NCBI GenBank assembly: GCA_041675265.1
Contig: JBAYUD010000005.1
Coordinates: 11,222 to 75,221 of the forward strand
Direction: 5' to 3'
DNA length: 64,000 bases
Source: Desulfurivibrionaceae bacterium
GTDB taxonomy: Bacteria > Desulfobacterota > Desulfobulbia > Desulfobulbales > Desulfurivibrionaceae
Shown here: one piece after another, positions 48,346 through 57,310 of the stretch
How positions within the stretch are numbered: position 1 is the stretch's first letter
How the letters are laid out: each line of letters starts with the position of its first letter
Made by a program: the position numbers and the translations under genes
The notes under the pieces: model-generated
What the model was told of the DNA's origin: nothing
Databases searched by the model: none
Seen by the model: the letters and a program-made list of their open reading frames with translations, nothing else

Positions 48346-48981
48346 ATGGGCAAAAGACTGGGAATCTACATCTTCGACAATGCGGAGGTCATTGACTGGG
48401 CCGGGCCGACCGGAGTGATTGCGGTGGCCAGGAGAATGGACCCTGAACTCGAAACCTTTCTGATCGGCGACACCATGACAACGGTGGTGGCAACCGGCGG
48501 CCTGCGGGTGCTGCCCAAGTACGGCTTAAACGATCAACCCGGCATGGACGCCTTCCTGATCCCCGGCGGCCTGGGGACCAGAGGGGAAATCCACAACCAG
48601 CGCTTACTGAACTTTGTGAAATCGTTACCGGCTACGACCCTGCTGGTCAGCGTTTGCACCGGTTCCTGGGTGTATGGGGTGGCGGGCCTGCTGGACGGCA
48701 TCAAGGCCACCAATCGCAAAAACGGTGACCCAAGCGAAGTGCTGGTGCCCATCGATCGGTTGGCGCAACTGGCTCCCAAGTGCGTAATCGATCGGCACCG
48801 GGTGGTCGATACCGGGCGAATTATCACCGGCGGCGGGATCACCTCGGGAATTGAGGTCGGCTTCCACATCCTCAAACGCTTCGGATATTCAAGCGAGTTC
48901 GTCGATACAGTCGCCCATATCATGGAGTATGAAAAACAGTGGGCGTTGATGCAGGACGATCTGGTTGTGGAGAATCAATAG
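48346..48981 (+). CDS. DJ-1/PfpI-family protein
   Basis: IYIFDNAEVIDWAGP, LIPGGLGTR, SVCTGS nucleophile, IITGGGITSGI. Confidence 0.9.
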   Translation: MGKRLGIYIFDNAEVIDWAGPTGVIAVARRMDPELETFLIGDTMTTVVATGGLRVLPKYGLNDQPGMDAFLIPGGLGTRGEIHNQRLLNFVKSLPATTLLVSVCTGSWVYGVAGLLDGIKATNRKNGDPSEVLVPIDRLAQLAPKCVIDRHRVVDTGRIITGGGITSGIEVGFHILKRFGYSSEFVDTVAHIMEYEKQWALMQDDLVVENQ

Positions 48982-49186
48982 AGCACTGAGAGAACAGGCT
49001 AAAACCGGTGGACCGAGGCTCAGCGGTTTTGGCCTGCCCGAGAATGGCCTACCTGACTGAAATAATATGAGAAAAATAAAGTCCCTGTTTTTTGGTTGAC
49101 TGGAATTGAGTATTATGTCACCGGAATTGCGGATACAACTCATGGCGTGATTCATTGTAGAGCCACGGCACCCCTTCTCAAACGCT

Positions 49187-49283
49187 AGTCAAGCAATTCT
49201 CAACAGGTAACCACTTGATTGCAAAGTAATTTATTTAAATTACGGGATTGTGGCTTCCACCCAGTCAAGCAACAGTCAAGCAA
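49187..49283. repeat. Three AGTCAAGCAA direct repeats with an intervening IHF consensus (att-arm-like)
   Basis: Copies at 49187, 49263 and 49274 (last two tandem, 11-bp period); TAACCACTTGATT at 49208-49220 matches YAANNNNTTGATW. Confidence 0.6.
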
Positions 49284-49302
49284 ATCCAGGCAAACAAAAA
49301 AC

Positions 49303-49331
49303 TTGACTTCCCCCCACATTGAGCCGATATT
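49303..49331 (+). promoter_or_regulatory. Candidate sigma70 promoter of a small RNA
   Basis: TTGACT (49303-49308), exactly 17 bp, GATATT (49326-49331); no plausible protein gene downstream on this strand. Confidence 0.55.
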
Positions 49332-49336
49332 GTAGG

Positions 49337-49399
49337 CAGCTCATCTACCATGTGTGGAAGGAGTAACGAAGCCGTCCTCGGGGCGGCTTCAGCTTTTTT
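49337..49399 (+). ncRNA. Candidate structured small RNA convergent on the DUF3800 operon
   Basis: Hairpin TCTAC/GTGGA, AGGAG linker, stem GAAGCCGTCC/GGGCGGCTTC, AGC, then TTTTTT; possible closing helix AGCT/AGCT. Confidence 0.55.
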
Positions 49400-49889
49400 G
49401 ACTATTCGTTCGCCAATAGTCATCATGTTCCCTCAGCAATTTTCGTTGCCGATGCGGCTGTTCAACCAGATAGGCTGTCCACGGAAGAATGTAATCGCCG
49501 CGATCTGCCAGGATGACCAAGTAGTTTTCCTGCGCGAACCATAAACACACCCTTTCTTCCTTGCCACGTCGGTTGCGCCAGATCTTAATGGCCGGATCGT
49601 CGTCGTGTTCAATGATCGGTCGAGGCCAGCGTATCCGCTCACAACGTCGGAAATCTGGCGTACGATCTTCCTCAATATCTCCGTCCTGGATCATGTGCCA
49701 GAAGGTCGCTTCCTTGCCATGGGTCAGCGGGTGCCGTTTCAAGCCGAGCCGCCGTCCCTGAAACAGAGGCTTGCTGTCGAGGAAGTCTTGCTTGAACCAG
49801 GCGTAAACGGCATCCAGATATGCATCCCAGTTGCCGTGGTAGTCGTTGAACAGGACCAGCGGCGGCAGCCAATCCGGCGTTGCGCTCAT
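49389..49889 (-). CDS. Uncharacterised DUF3800-partner protein
   Basis: 166-aa ORF starting 2 bp after the DUF3800 stop; FWHMI, RRCERIRWP and LPWTAY motifs. Confidence 0.8.
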   Translation of the reverse strand: MSATPDWLPPLVLFNDYHGNWDAYLDAVYAWFKQDFLDSKPLFQGRRLGLKRHPLTHGKEATFWHMIQDGDIEEDRTPDFRRCERIRWPRPIIEHDDDPAIKIWRNRRGKEERVCLWFAQENYLVILADRGDYILPWTAYLVEQPHRQRKLLREHDDYWRTNSQKS

Positions 49890-49891
49890 CC

Positions 49892-50596
49892 CTAAATCTC
49901 CGACGCGTGCCAGCGGAAAAGATTAACCTTTTCCTCGCGTAGCAGGGTCGATTTGGTCAAACAGTAGCCGGAGCGTTGCCGCATTCGTTCAATCAGCGCC
50001 ATTTTCCCGGCATTCCCCTGCAATCCTCGGTTCAGGTAAGCAACCGCGCCAATGAGCAGGTCGGCCAGTTGCAACTGCTCGATTTCGTGGGAGTGTACCA
50101 GTTGCAACCGTTCGATCACCTCTTGCGAGAAATCGTACCTGTCGTTGCACAGCACCTCGTGCAGCTTGGCCGCCTTCTCCGCCCCGCGAGTGTCCTTGAT
50201 GTCGAGGTATATCCGGTAGCTGGCATCGGGCCGGAAGATGACTTTCAGCATGTCGAAGTACATCTTGTAATACCAGCCGTCATGGTCCTGGCCGGGAAAG
50301 GCGTCGTGGTGCAGCAGAGTTTTGTCCGGCACGATCAAGGCACGGAAGTGCAGATCGTCGTCATCGAAGAAATAATCGACTAGATCAAGGTACAGCTCTT
50401 TCTTGGCAGGCGAAACCTTGGTCCACTTCACCTCAAAATGCGGCGGCAGTCCGTGCTTCTGTTTGATTTCGCGCAACCGGACGGCAATCTCCCTGGTCTT
50501 GTCCAACGGGCACCAGATGGCTCCCAGCACCATGGCCTTCTGGTGATCGTTTTCCAGATGGCAGGATTCATCACAGTAGATGTTATATGTGCTCAT
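49892..50596 (-). CDS. DUF3800-domain protein
   Basis: N-terminal IYCDESCH, VLGAI, EVKWTK and C-terminal QLADLLIG. Confidence 0.85.
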   Translation of the reverse strand: MSTYNIYCDESCHLENDHQKAMVLGAIWCPLDKTREIAVRLREIKQKHGLPPHFEVKWTKVSPAKKELYLDLVDYFFDDDDLHFRALIVPDKTLLHHDAFPGQDHDGWYYKMYFDMLKVIFRPDASYRIYLDIKDTRGAEKAAKLHEVLCNDRYDFSQEVIERLQLVHSHEIEQLQLADLLIGAVAYLNRGLQGNAGKMALIERMRQRSGYCLTKSTLLREEKVNLFRWHASEI

Positions 50597-50641
50597 GATT
50601 GTTTTTGCCGTCTTATGATTTATCAGAACAAAAAAAAAGCA

Positions 50642-52408
50642 TTATGCCACCGCCTGTTCGACGATGGCGTCGGCCAATTGGACTTGGGTAATTTTGGCGT
50701 CGTGCAACCGTTCTTTGAGGGTGTCGCAGAGGGCCAGCAGTTCATCGACTTTGGCGACGATGCGGTGTTGTTCGGCTAGTGGGGGCAGTGCTATTAACAA
50801 CATACGAATTTGATCTCTCGAAACATTTTTCATCGAACTACTCGTACCACCGGCAACTCTTGAATAATACTCACGGGAGGAAGAACTCCCATTCGCCAAA
50901 TTAACAAATTGAGTATTGCTGCTCCGTGAAAATACAAATCTGATAATTTTATCACTCATCATAAGACGAGGAGGAGTTTCTTTCGGGACTATAACAGCAC
51001 GTGCTACAAGTTCTGATGTATTAGCTCTCGAAATCAAAAAATCATCAGGAAAAACTTCAAATTCAGGTCTCGGTCTTAAATTAGCCGGTAATGCTTTGTT
51101 TTCATCTGGGTTATATTGGCCCCACGAAACTGCGCTTACTTTGAGAACACCCCAATCATTATCTTTTCTTGGGGTGGGCTCACAATTGGGGCTCCATCCA
51201 GCTTCAGAACGTAAAGCGAGATCATCCAGCCTTACCCACCCCCAACCTACCGGCAAATCAAAAGGCTTTTCATCCTCACTGATTTTCGGCAAAGTTTTTT
51301 GCTTTTTGATTTTGCCTTCTTTAATGAGTTTTGCTTTTTCTTTGGCGATTTTTTCCAGCAGGGTGCTGGCGGGTTCGTCGTTGGGGTTTTGGGGGACGAG
51401 TTTGCCCATGACGGCGAGTTGGAGGATGGTTTGTTTGAGTTGGTCGATGGACTCTTCGGTGGTGAACAGGGTGTCGAAGTGACCCACGATGCGTTGCCAG
51501 CTTACAGCAAACTCGGCTGGATCGGCGACGGTGGTGAGGGTGGCAAGCAGGGTTTCCACCAGGGTTTGGTGGGTATCGTTACTGTCGGCTTGTTGCTGTT
51601 CCAGCTTGTCGCAGAGGGCCATCAGTTCATCGACTTTGGCGACGATGCGGTGTTGTTCGGCTTTTGAAGTAATTGGGAACAAAGCAAGCCGGGCTTTTTC
51701 AGTGCCCATGCGTGGAAGATTCATTCCATGAGTTGAATCATTAGCATACCGAATAAAGCAGGGGGACTTCATTACAAGCCGGAGGTACTGCGAGGCTATA
51801 TGAGCATAGCCTTTGAGAGGGACCATTTCAGTTGTGCAAATCCCGTTTTCATCAGCCACTATTACTTTGTCGAGATATGGCCGCAATTTCCCGTAGATCA
51901 CGTCCCCTTTAGAAAATACATTCTTTGAACTTCTAAACTGTCTATCAGCAACTCTTACTTTTTGTAAAAGCTTGGAAGTATCTTTTTCGACGTCCTCTAA
52001 TTCAAGAATCCAGGTGTCCTCACTAACGGAACCAGGCTCAGCTTTTTCTGAAAATCCATAATCAGTAACGTTTCCAAGCCGTGTCCACCCCCACCCTTTC
52101 GGCAATTCATATGGCTTTTCATCCTCGCTGATTTCCGGCAGGGACGTATCTTTTTTGATTTTGCCTTCCTTAATGAGCCGAGCTTTTTCTTTGGCGATTT
52201 TTTCCAACAATACGCTGGCCGGTTCGTCTTTTGGGTCTTGCGGCACCAGTTTGCCTCGCACGGCCAATTCCAAAATCAACTCCCGCAACTTCTTAATGCC
52301 ATGCGGGCTTTGCCCGTTCGACCCTCTCCCGCGCCCCCTCCCGCCATTGGCCTTGGGAATTTCAGCACCAGTCCAGGTGGCAATATGTTCGGTAATCAAA
52401 TCCATCAT
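50642..52408 (-). CDS. hsdS: Type I RM specificity subunit (EcoAI/type IB-like, two TRDs)
   Basis: Duplicated conserved regions (IL.LAV.GKLVPQ.P.DEPAS.LLEKI; EQHRIVAKVDEL.ALCD) around two AT-rich TRDs. Confidence 0.95.
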   Translation of the reverse strand: MMDLITEHIATWTGAEIPKANGGRGRGRGSNGQSPHGIKKLRELILELAVRGKLVPQDPKDEPASVLLEKIAKEKARLIKEGKIKKDTSLPEISEDEKPYELPKGWGWTRLGNVTDYGFSEKAEPGSVSEDTWILELEDVEKDTSKLLQKVRVADRQFRSSKNVFSKGDVIYGKLRPYLDKVIVADENGICTTEMVPLKGYAHIASQYLRLVMKSPCFIRYANDSTHGMNLPRMGTEKARLALFPITSKAEQHRIVAKVDELMALCDKLEQQQADSNDTHQTLVETLLATLTTVADPAEFAVSWQRIVGHFDTLFTTEESIDQLKQTILQLAVMGKLVPQNPNDEPASTLLEKIAKEKAKLIKEGKIKKQKTLPKISEDEKPFDLPVGWGWVRLDDLALRSEAGWSPNCEPTPRKDNDWGVLKVSAVSWGQYNPDENKALPANLRPRPEFEVFPDDFLISRANTSELVARAVIVPKETPPRLMMSDKIIRFVFSRSSNTQFVNLANGSSSSREYYSRVAGGTSSSMKNVSRDQIRMLLIALPPLAEQHRIVAKVDELLALCDTLKERLHDAKITQVQLADAIVEQAVA

Positions 52409-52477
52409 GACGGGGTCACCTTGTTTCCATTTGGAGCCAGCAAATTCACGGTCAAACGGATCAGGAGATCCTCCCTT

Positions 52478-52897
52478 AAATGCAGAATTAAAAATGGCAA
52501 ATGCAAAATTATTGTTTCCCCAGGTTGTTCTTTGTATTCTTGATGATTGTAACGAAGATCGCTGTCAACTCTCTTGATTCCTGAAGCAAATCCGCAAGGT
52601 TGCTCTCGGTCATGATCCCACCTTCGACCAGCAATTCAAGCCAGTATGTTGTTTCATCGAGTTCCTTGAGACAATCACCCATCTTAGCCACAAACTCTGC
52701 TTTGGATCTGCCACGCGACGCCTCCCTGTAGTTTGCGCCGACCGATGTACCGGAACGTAGCACTTGTTTCCCTAATACTCTCGCTTCAGTCGACTTTGGC
52801 AATGTCGAATACATGGCTAAAATCCGCAGGGCAAATTTCTTAGTCCGATCTTTCAGGTCTTTCTCGTTTTGCATTCTAAATTCTACTTTTTGCCTTT
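52478..52897. repeat. Inverted 7-nt-periodic arrays flanking the four-helix-bundle gene
   Basis: Plus strand 52478-52512: AAATGCA GAATTAA AAATGGC AAATGCA AAATTAT. Minus strand 52897-52863: AAAGGCA AAAAGTA GAATTTA GAATGCA AAACGAG. Confidence 0.65.
52509..52874 (-). CDS. Four-helix-bundle protein (23S rRNA IVP / bAvd-like family)
   Basis: LKDRTKKFALRI, QVLRSGTSVGANYREA, SKAEFVAK, ELDETTYWLELL. Confidence 0.92.
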   Translation of the reverse strand: MQNEKDLKDRTKKFALRILAMYSTLPKSTEARVLGKQVLRSGTSVGANYREASRGRSKAEFVAKMGDCLKELDETTYWLELLVEGGIMTESNLADLLQESRELTAIFVTIIKNTKNNLGKQ

Positions 52898-53339
52898 ATG
52901 CAGCTTGCTCCATCTCGGAGAGTCCCTTTTCTGCCAGGCGCCTCTCGTTGGTGGTATAGCCTTGGATCAGGTGGTCTTTCAGGACCGAAGTCGCCCAAAT
53001 GCGAAATTGGGTGCCGCGTTGCGACTTGACCCGGTAGCCGACGGAAATAATGACGTCAAGATTATAGAAGGCGACCGGTTTATCTGAATTTGCAATATGC
53101 ATTTTTTGCATATTGCTTTCCTCGGCCAACTCTCCTTCCTTGAAAACATTGCGGAGATGACGGGAGATGACGGACTGATCTCTTTGAAAAAGCTCAACCA
53201 TCTGGGTCTGGCTCAACCAGACGGTTTCATCAGCCAGATGCACGTCGAGTCCGGCCCGGCCGTCAGCGGACTTATAGATAATAATCTCACCCTGGGCGGG
53301 ATGACCTTGGTTGTCCATGCTCACTTCTTCACGTTTCAT
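52896..53339 (-). pseudogene. RhuM-family protein, N-terminal part only (Fic/DOC half missing)
   Basis: ETVWLSQTQMVELF, YNLDVIISVGYRVKS.RGTQFRIWAT; stops at EMEQAA exactly at the heptamer array. A C-terminal-like remnant (REDLLIRLTVNLLA) lies at 52405-52476. Confidence 0.7.
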
Positions 53340-54811
53340 TTGCCCTTCCCCAGACAGCCCAGGAGCTCCTTCTTCAAGGCCTCGCGGGTCGCCGCCACCT
53401 CGGCCTGCTGCCTGGCATACTTGGCCAGCAACACTTCGGGATCGTGGATGATCTGTTCGCCGACATGGGGGTTCTTGATATCCAGGTTGTAGCTGCGGGC
53501 TTTGATATCATCAATCGTGACCTTCCAGGCCTGTTCGGTTTCGACCCTGGCCGCAAAACCATCTGCCTCGCTGCCCCACCAGTCGATCTCCGGCTGGAAC
53601 TCTTCAAAGCGCATGGGCTTGGTCTTGTTATAGCTGACAACGCCTTCCGGGTAGGGGTGCTCGTAATACCAGATCTGCTCGGTGGGCTGGCCTTTGGTGA
53701 AAAAGAGCAAGTTGGTTTTGATGCCGGTGTAGGGGTTGAAGACGCCGTTGGGCAACCGGACAATGGTGTGCAGGTTGCACTCGGCCAGCAGTTTTTCCTT
53801 GAGGCGGGTCTTCATACCCTCGCCAAAGAAAAAGCCATCGGGCAGAACCACGGCGGCGCGGCCCTGATCTTTGAGCAGGTGGATGATCAGGGTCATGAAG
53901 AGGTCGGCGGTTTCTCGGGTGCGGAAGGTGGCCGGGAAGTTGTTTTCGATGCCGTCTTCTTCCATGCCGCCAAAGGGCGGGTTGGTGACGATGACCTTGA
54001 CCCGGTCTTTATTGGTGTAGTCCCGCAGGGGGCGGCTCAGGGTGTTGTCGTGCTTGATGTTGGTCGGGGTGTCGATGCCATGCAGAATCATGTTGGTAAC
54101 GCAGAGCATATGGGGCATGGACTTTTTCTCGACCCCGTTGATCGTGGCTTGCAGGGTCTCTTCATCCGCTGCCGATTTTACATAGTTTTTGCGCTTGTGC
54201 TCGATGGTGCAGGACAAAAAGCCGCCGGTGCCGCAGGCTGGGTCGAGCACGGTTTCGTCTAGTGTGGGGTTGACCCGATCGACGATAAATCTGGTGACGG
54301 CCCGTGGGGTGTAGAACTCCCCGGCATTGCCGGCGGATTGCAGGTCTTTAAGAATCTGCTCGTAAATGGAGCCGAAGGTATGGCGATCTTCCTTGGTGTT
54401 GAAGTTGATCTCGCAGATTTTATTGATCACCTGACGCATCAGGGTGCCGGATTTCATGTAGTTGTAGGCGTCTTCAAAAACGTCTTTCACCACCAGCGCC
54501 CGTTTGCCGCCCGGCCCCAGGGTATTGAGTTTGTTTTTCAGGGTCGGGAAGAGCTGGAGATTAACAAAATCGGACAACTCGTCACCGGTCATCCCTTCCG
54601 AATCCTTGGCCCAGGACCGCCAGCGGAGATGAGCCGGCAGCGGGGATTTGTAGTCATCTTCGAGAAGTTCCAGCTCGGCTTCGCGGTCGTCAAAGATTTT
54701 CAGAAAAAACATCCAGACCAACTGACTGATGCGCTGGGCATCGCCATCGACACCGACATCCTTGCGCATGATGTCCTGGATGGATTTGATGATGCCGGAA
54801 ACGTTACTCAT
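53336..54811 (-). CDS. hsdM: Type I RM m6A methyltransferase subunit
   Basis: GEFYTPR, LDPACGTGGFL, NPPF motif IV, ATFRTRETADLF. Confidence 0.97.
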   Translation of the reverse strand: MSNVSGIIKSIQDIMRKDVGVDGDAQRISQLVWMFFLKIFDDREAELELLEDDYKSPLPAHLRWRSWAKDSEGMTGDELSDFVNLQLFPTLKNKLNTLGPGGKRALVVKDVFEDAYNYMKSGTLMRQVINKICEINFNTKEDRHTFGSIYEQILKDLQSAGNAGEFYTPRAVTRFIVDRVNPTLDETVLDPACGTGGFLSCTIEHKRKNYVKSAADEETLQATINGVEKKSMPHMLCVTNMILHGIDTPTNIKHDNTLSRPLRDYTNKDRVKVIVTNPPFGGMEEDGIENNFPATFRTRETADLFMTLIIHLLKDQGRAAVVLPDGFFFGEGMKTRLKEKLLAECNLHTIVRLPNGVFNPYTGIKTNLLFFTKGQPTEQIWYYEHPYPEGVVSYNKTKPMRFEEFQPEIDWWGSEADGFAARVETEQAWKVTIDDIKARSYNLDIKNPHVGEQIIHDPEVLLAKYARQQAEVAATREALKKELLGCLGKGK

Positions 54812-57156
54812 GCGGATTGCTCCTGATTAAACAACTCTTTCTCCAATTCCTGAATGGCGTTTTCGTACTCTGTTTTCCCGCCAAAGACCTGATTGATAAT
54901 CTCCATGGGGGTGCCCATATCGCTGAAGGGCTGGAGCTTGAGGATCTTGGCGTTTTCAAGGGAACGGATACCTTCATTGGCGTAGTTATCGAGCAAGGCG
55001 GTGAGTACTGCCCGGGCCTGCTCGCCGTATTTGGTAAAGTAGTTGCGTTTTTTGACATTATTGGCCCGCTCTTTACGGGTAAGCGGGGGCTGATCATAGG
55101 CGATATGACAGATAAGGTCAAAGTCTCCGTAGTCACGACCCACTTCCTCGGCAAGATTATCAAGCACGATGCCGTGTTCTTCCAGGAGTTCGAGAATTAT
55201 CTGTTTCTTTTGCGCGCTGTTCCATCTGCGGAGGAAATCATCAAGGGTCGCAAACTCTGACTTGATCTGCTTGCGGGAAAAATCCCGGTACGATTCGGTA
55301 ATCAGGGTGCCGTCCGGGCCGATGTATTCGATCCGCTCGGCGATGATTTTGGCCGAAACCCCGCTGATGTAAACTTTTTTGCTCTCACAAGTTTCCGGTG
55401 GATCGATTACAGGATCGTCATCATATGGTTTCGGGTCGGGCGGAACAGGGGGTTCATCCGGGCCGGGCTCAAAGATAACCACCGGCTCACCGTCAAAATC
55501 AGGATCTCGGAACAGCTCGGTAGCCTTCTTAAAATCCATGATGGTGAAGTAGTACTTGTTTTGCTCTTCCTCGATCCGGGTGCCGCGCCCGATGATCTGC
55601 TTGAACATGGTCATGGAGTTGATATTTTTATCCAAGACAATGACCTTGCAGGTTTTGGCATCCACCCCGGTGGACAAGAGCTCCGAGGTTGTGGCGATAA
55701 CCGGGAACTTGCTTTCCGGATCGATAAAGTTGTCGAGTTCGGCTTTGCCCTCGACACTGTCGCCGGTGATGCGCATCACATATTTAGGGTTATCGATGGC
55801 GATTTGCCCGGCAGCATTCACGATGGCGCGGCGCATGCGTTCGGCGTGGTCGATATCCTCACAGAAAATAATGGTTTTCGCGAAGGGATCGGTGGCATTG
55901 AGAAGTTGCATGACCCGTCTGGCCACCAGCCTTGTCCGCTGATTGAGAACGAGGATGCGGTCCATATCTTTCTGGTTATAGGTCCGACTTTCGATTTCCT
56001 GACCAAGGTCATCAAGCATTCCCGGAGGTGGTGTCCAGCCTTCGATATCTTTATCGATATCGATACGCACCACCTTATAGGGGGCGAGAAAACCATCCTC
56101 GATGCCCTGCTTTAAGCTGTAAGTATAAACAGGCTCACCAAAATAGGTGAGGTTGGAAACATATTTTGTTTCCTTGGGGGTGGCTGTCATGCCGAGTTGG
56201 ATGGCGCTTGAAAAATAATCGAGGATTTCGCGCCAGGCCGAATCGTCGGCAGCGCTGCCGCGATGACACTCGTCAATGACGATCATGTCGAAAAAGTCTG
56301 GAGAGACGTTTTTGAAGATTTTGTCCTCTTCGTCTGTCCCGGTTATGGCCTGATAGAGAGCGAGATGGATTTCGTAGGACGGGTCGATCTTGCGGTTTTT
56401 GACCTTGGCCATGACCGAGCCGAAGGGCTTGAAATCGTTGACCAGGGTTTGGTCGGCAAGGATATTGCGATCAACCAGAAAGAGAACGCGCTTGACGGCC
56501 TTTGCCTTCCAGAGTCGCCAGATAATTTGAAAGGTGGTGTAAGTCTTGCCGGTGCCGGTGGCCATGACCAGCAGAATGCGCTTTTGGTTGTTGGCCACCG
56601 CTTCAACCACTCGGTTAATGGCCTCGGTCTGATAGTAGCGGGGCTCTTTGCCGGAACTGTCCGTGTGATAGGGCTGCAGGACCAGCTCATCGGAAGTATC
56701 ATTGATGCCGCGAAATGATTTATAGCGTTGCCAAAGTATTTCGGGTGGAGGAAACGCTTCGAGCGGAAATTCCGTTTCAATGTCTTCGCCGATCTTTATT
56801 GCTTCTTTATTATGCGAGGCAAAGGCATCACCGTTAGAACTGAAGGCGCTGGGAACTTTGAGTATATCTGCATAGCCCAATGCTTGCTGCATACCGTCGC
56901 TCACGGTGTGGTTGTTGTCCTTGGCTTCGACTACCGCGACGGGGACACCGGGCTCCCAAGAAAGGATGTAATCTGCGAATTTTTTCTTCTTCTTGTTCCG
57001 GGACGACATATTGCCCCGCACAATAACAGGGCCTGGGGTGAGAGTAACCTCGCGCCGAATCTGTTTTAATTGATCCCAGCCAGCATCTTTAAGGGCAGGC
57101 GTGATGAACAAATCGCAGATATCGATTTCGCTGAGTTCTTTTTTGTCCATTTGCAA
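54808..57156 (-). CDS. hsdR: Type I RM restriction subunit (EcoEI/EcoAI-like)
   Basis: AVVEAK nuclease, RYYQ, MATGTGKT, DECHRG, QIIGRGTR, EcoEI-type C-terminus. Confidence 0.97.
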   Translation of the reverse strand: MQMDKKELSEIDICDLFITPALKDAGWDQLKQIRREVTLTPGPVIVRGNMSSRNKKKKKFADYILSWEPGVPVAVVEAKDNNHTVSDGMQQALGYADILKVPSAFSSNGDAFASHNKEAIKIGEDIETEFPLEAFPPPEILWQRYKSFRGINDTSDELVLQPYHTDSSGKEPRYYQTEAINRVVEAVANNQKRILLVMATGTGKTYTTFQIIWRLWKAKAVKRVLFLVDRNILADQTLVNDFKPFGSVMAKVKNRKIDPSYEIHLALYQAITGTDEEDKIFKNVSPDFFDMIVIDECHRGSAADDSAWREILDYFSSAIQLGMTATPKETKYVSNLTYFGEPVYTYSLKQGIEDGFLAPYKVVRIDIDKDIEGWTPPPGMLDDLGQEIESRTYNQKDMDRILVLNQRTRLVARRVMQLLNATDPFAKTIIFCEDIDHAERMRRAIVNAAGQIAIDNPKYVMRITGDSVEGKAELDNFIDPESKFPVIATTSELLSTGVDAKTCKVIVLDKNINSMTMFKQIIGRGTRIEEEQNKYYFTIMDFKKATELFRDPDFDGEPVVIFEPGPDEPPVPPDPKPYDDDPVIDPPETCESKKVYISGVSAKIIAERIEYIGPDGTLITESYRDFSRKQIKSEFATLDDFLRRWNSAQKKQIILELLEEHGIVLDNLAEEVGRDYGDFDLICHIAYDQPPLTRKERANNVKKRNYFTKYGEQARAVLTALLDNYANEGIRSLENAKILKLQPFSDMGTPMEIINQVFGGKTEYENAIQELEKELFNQEQSA

Positions 57157-57310
57157 ACTGCTCCTAGGGAAACCGGGACAGATTTATTGTATATGCATGG
57201 CTAGCCGCACAGCGCATGACCACTAAAAAATCCTAACGGAATATTGCCCGACCATTTGATCATATTTGCAATTAAATTCATAGGGATATGTCATTTTGTT
57301 TTTTTCAGTT

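Noticed and set aside
48889-49155. 88-aa ORF or RAYT/transposase remnant
   Set aside because: No HUH motif or convincing similarity; overlaps the DJ-1 gene antisense.
49210-49243. dif/XerCD site
   Set aside because: TTATTTAAAT only loosely resembles the XerD arm; no XerC arm or 6-bp spacer.
49187-49283. CRISPR array or iterons
   Set aside because: Only three 10-bp units with irregular spacing; no cas or rep gene. No CRISPR array seen anywhere in the window.
52509-52874. Diversity-generating retroelement (Avd-like gene)
   Set aside because: No reverse transcriptase and no TR/VR pair with adenine-specific mismatches in the window.
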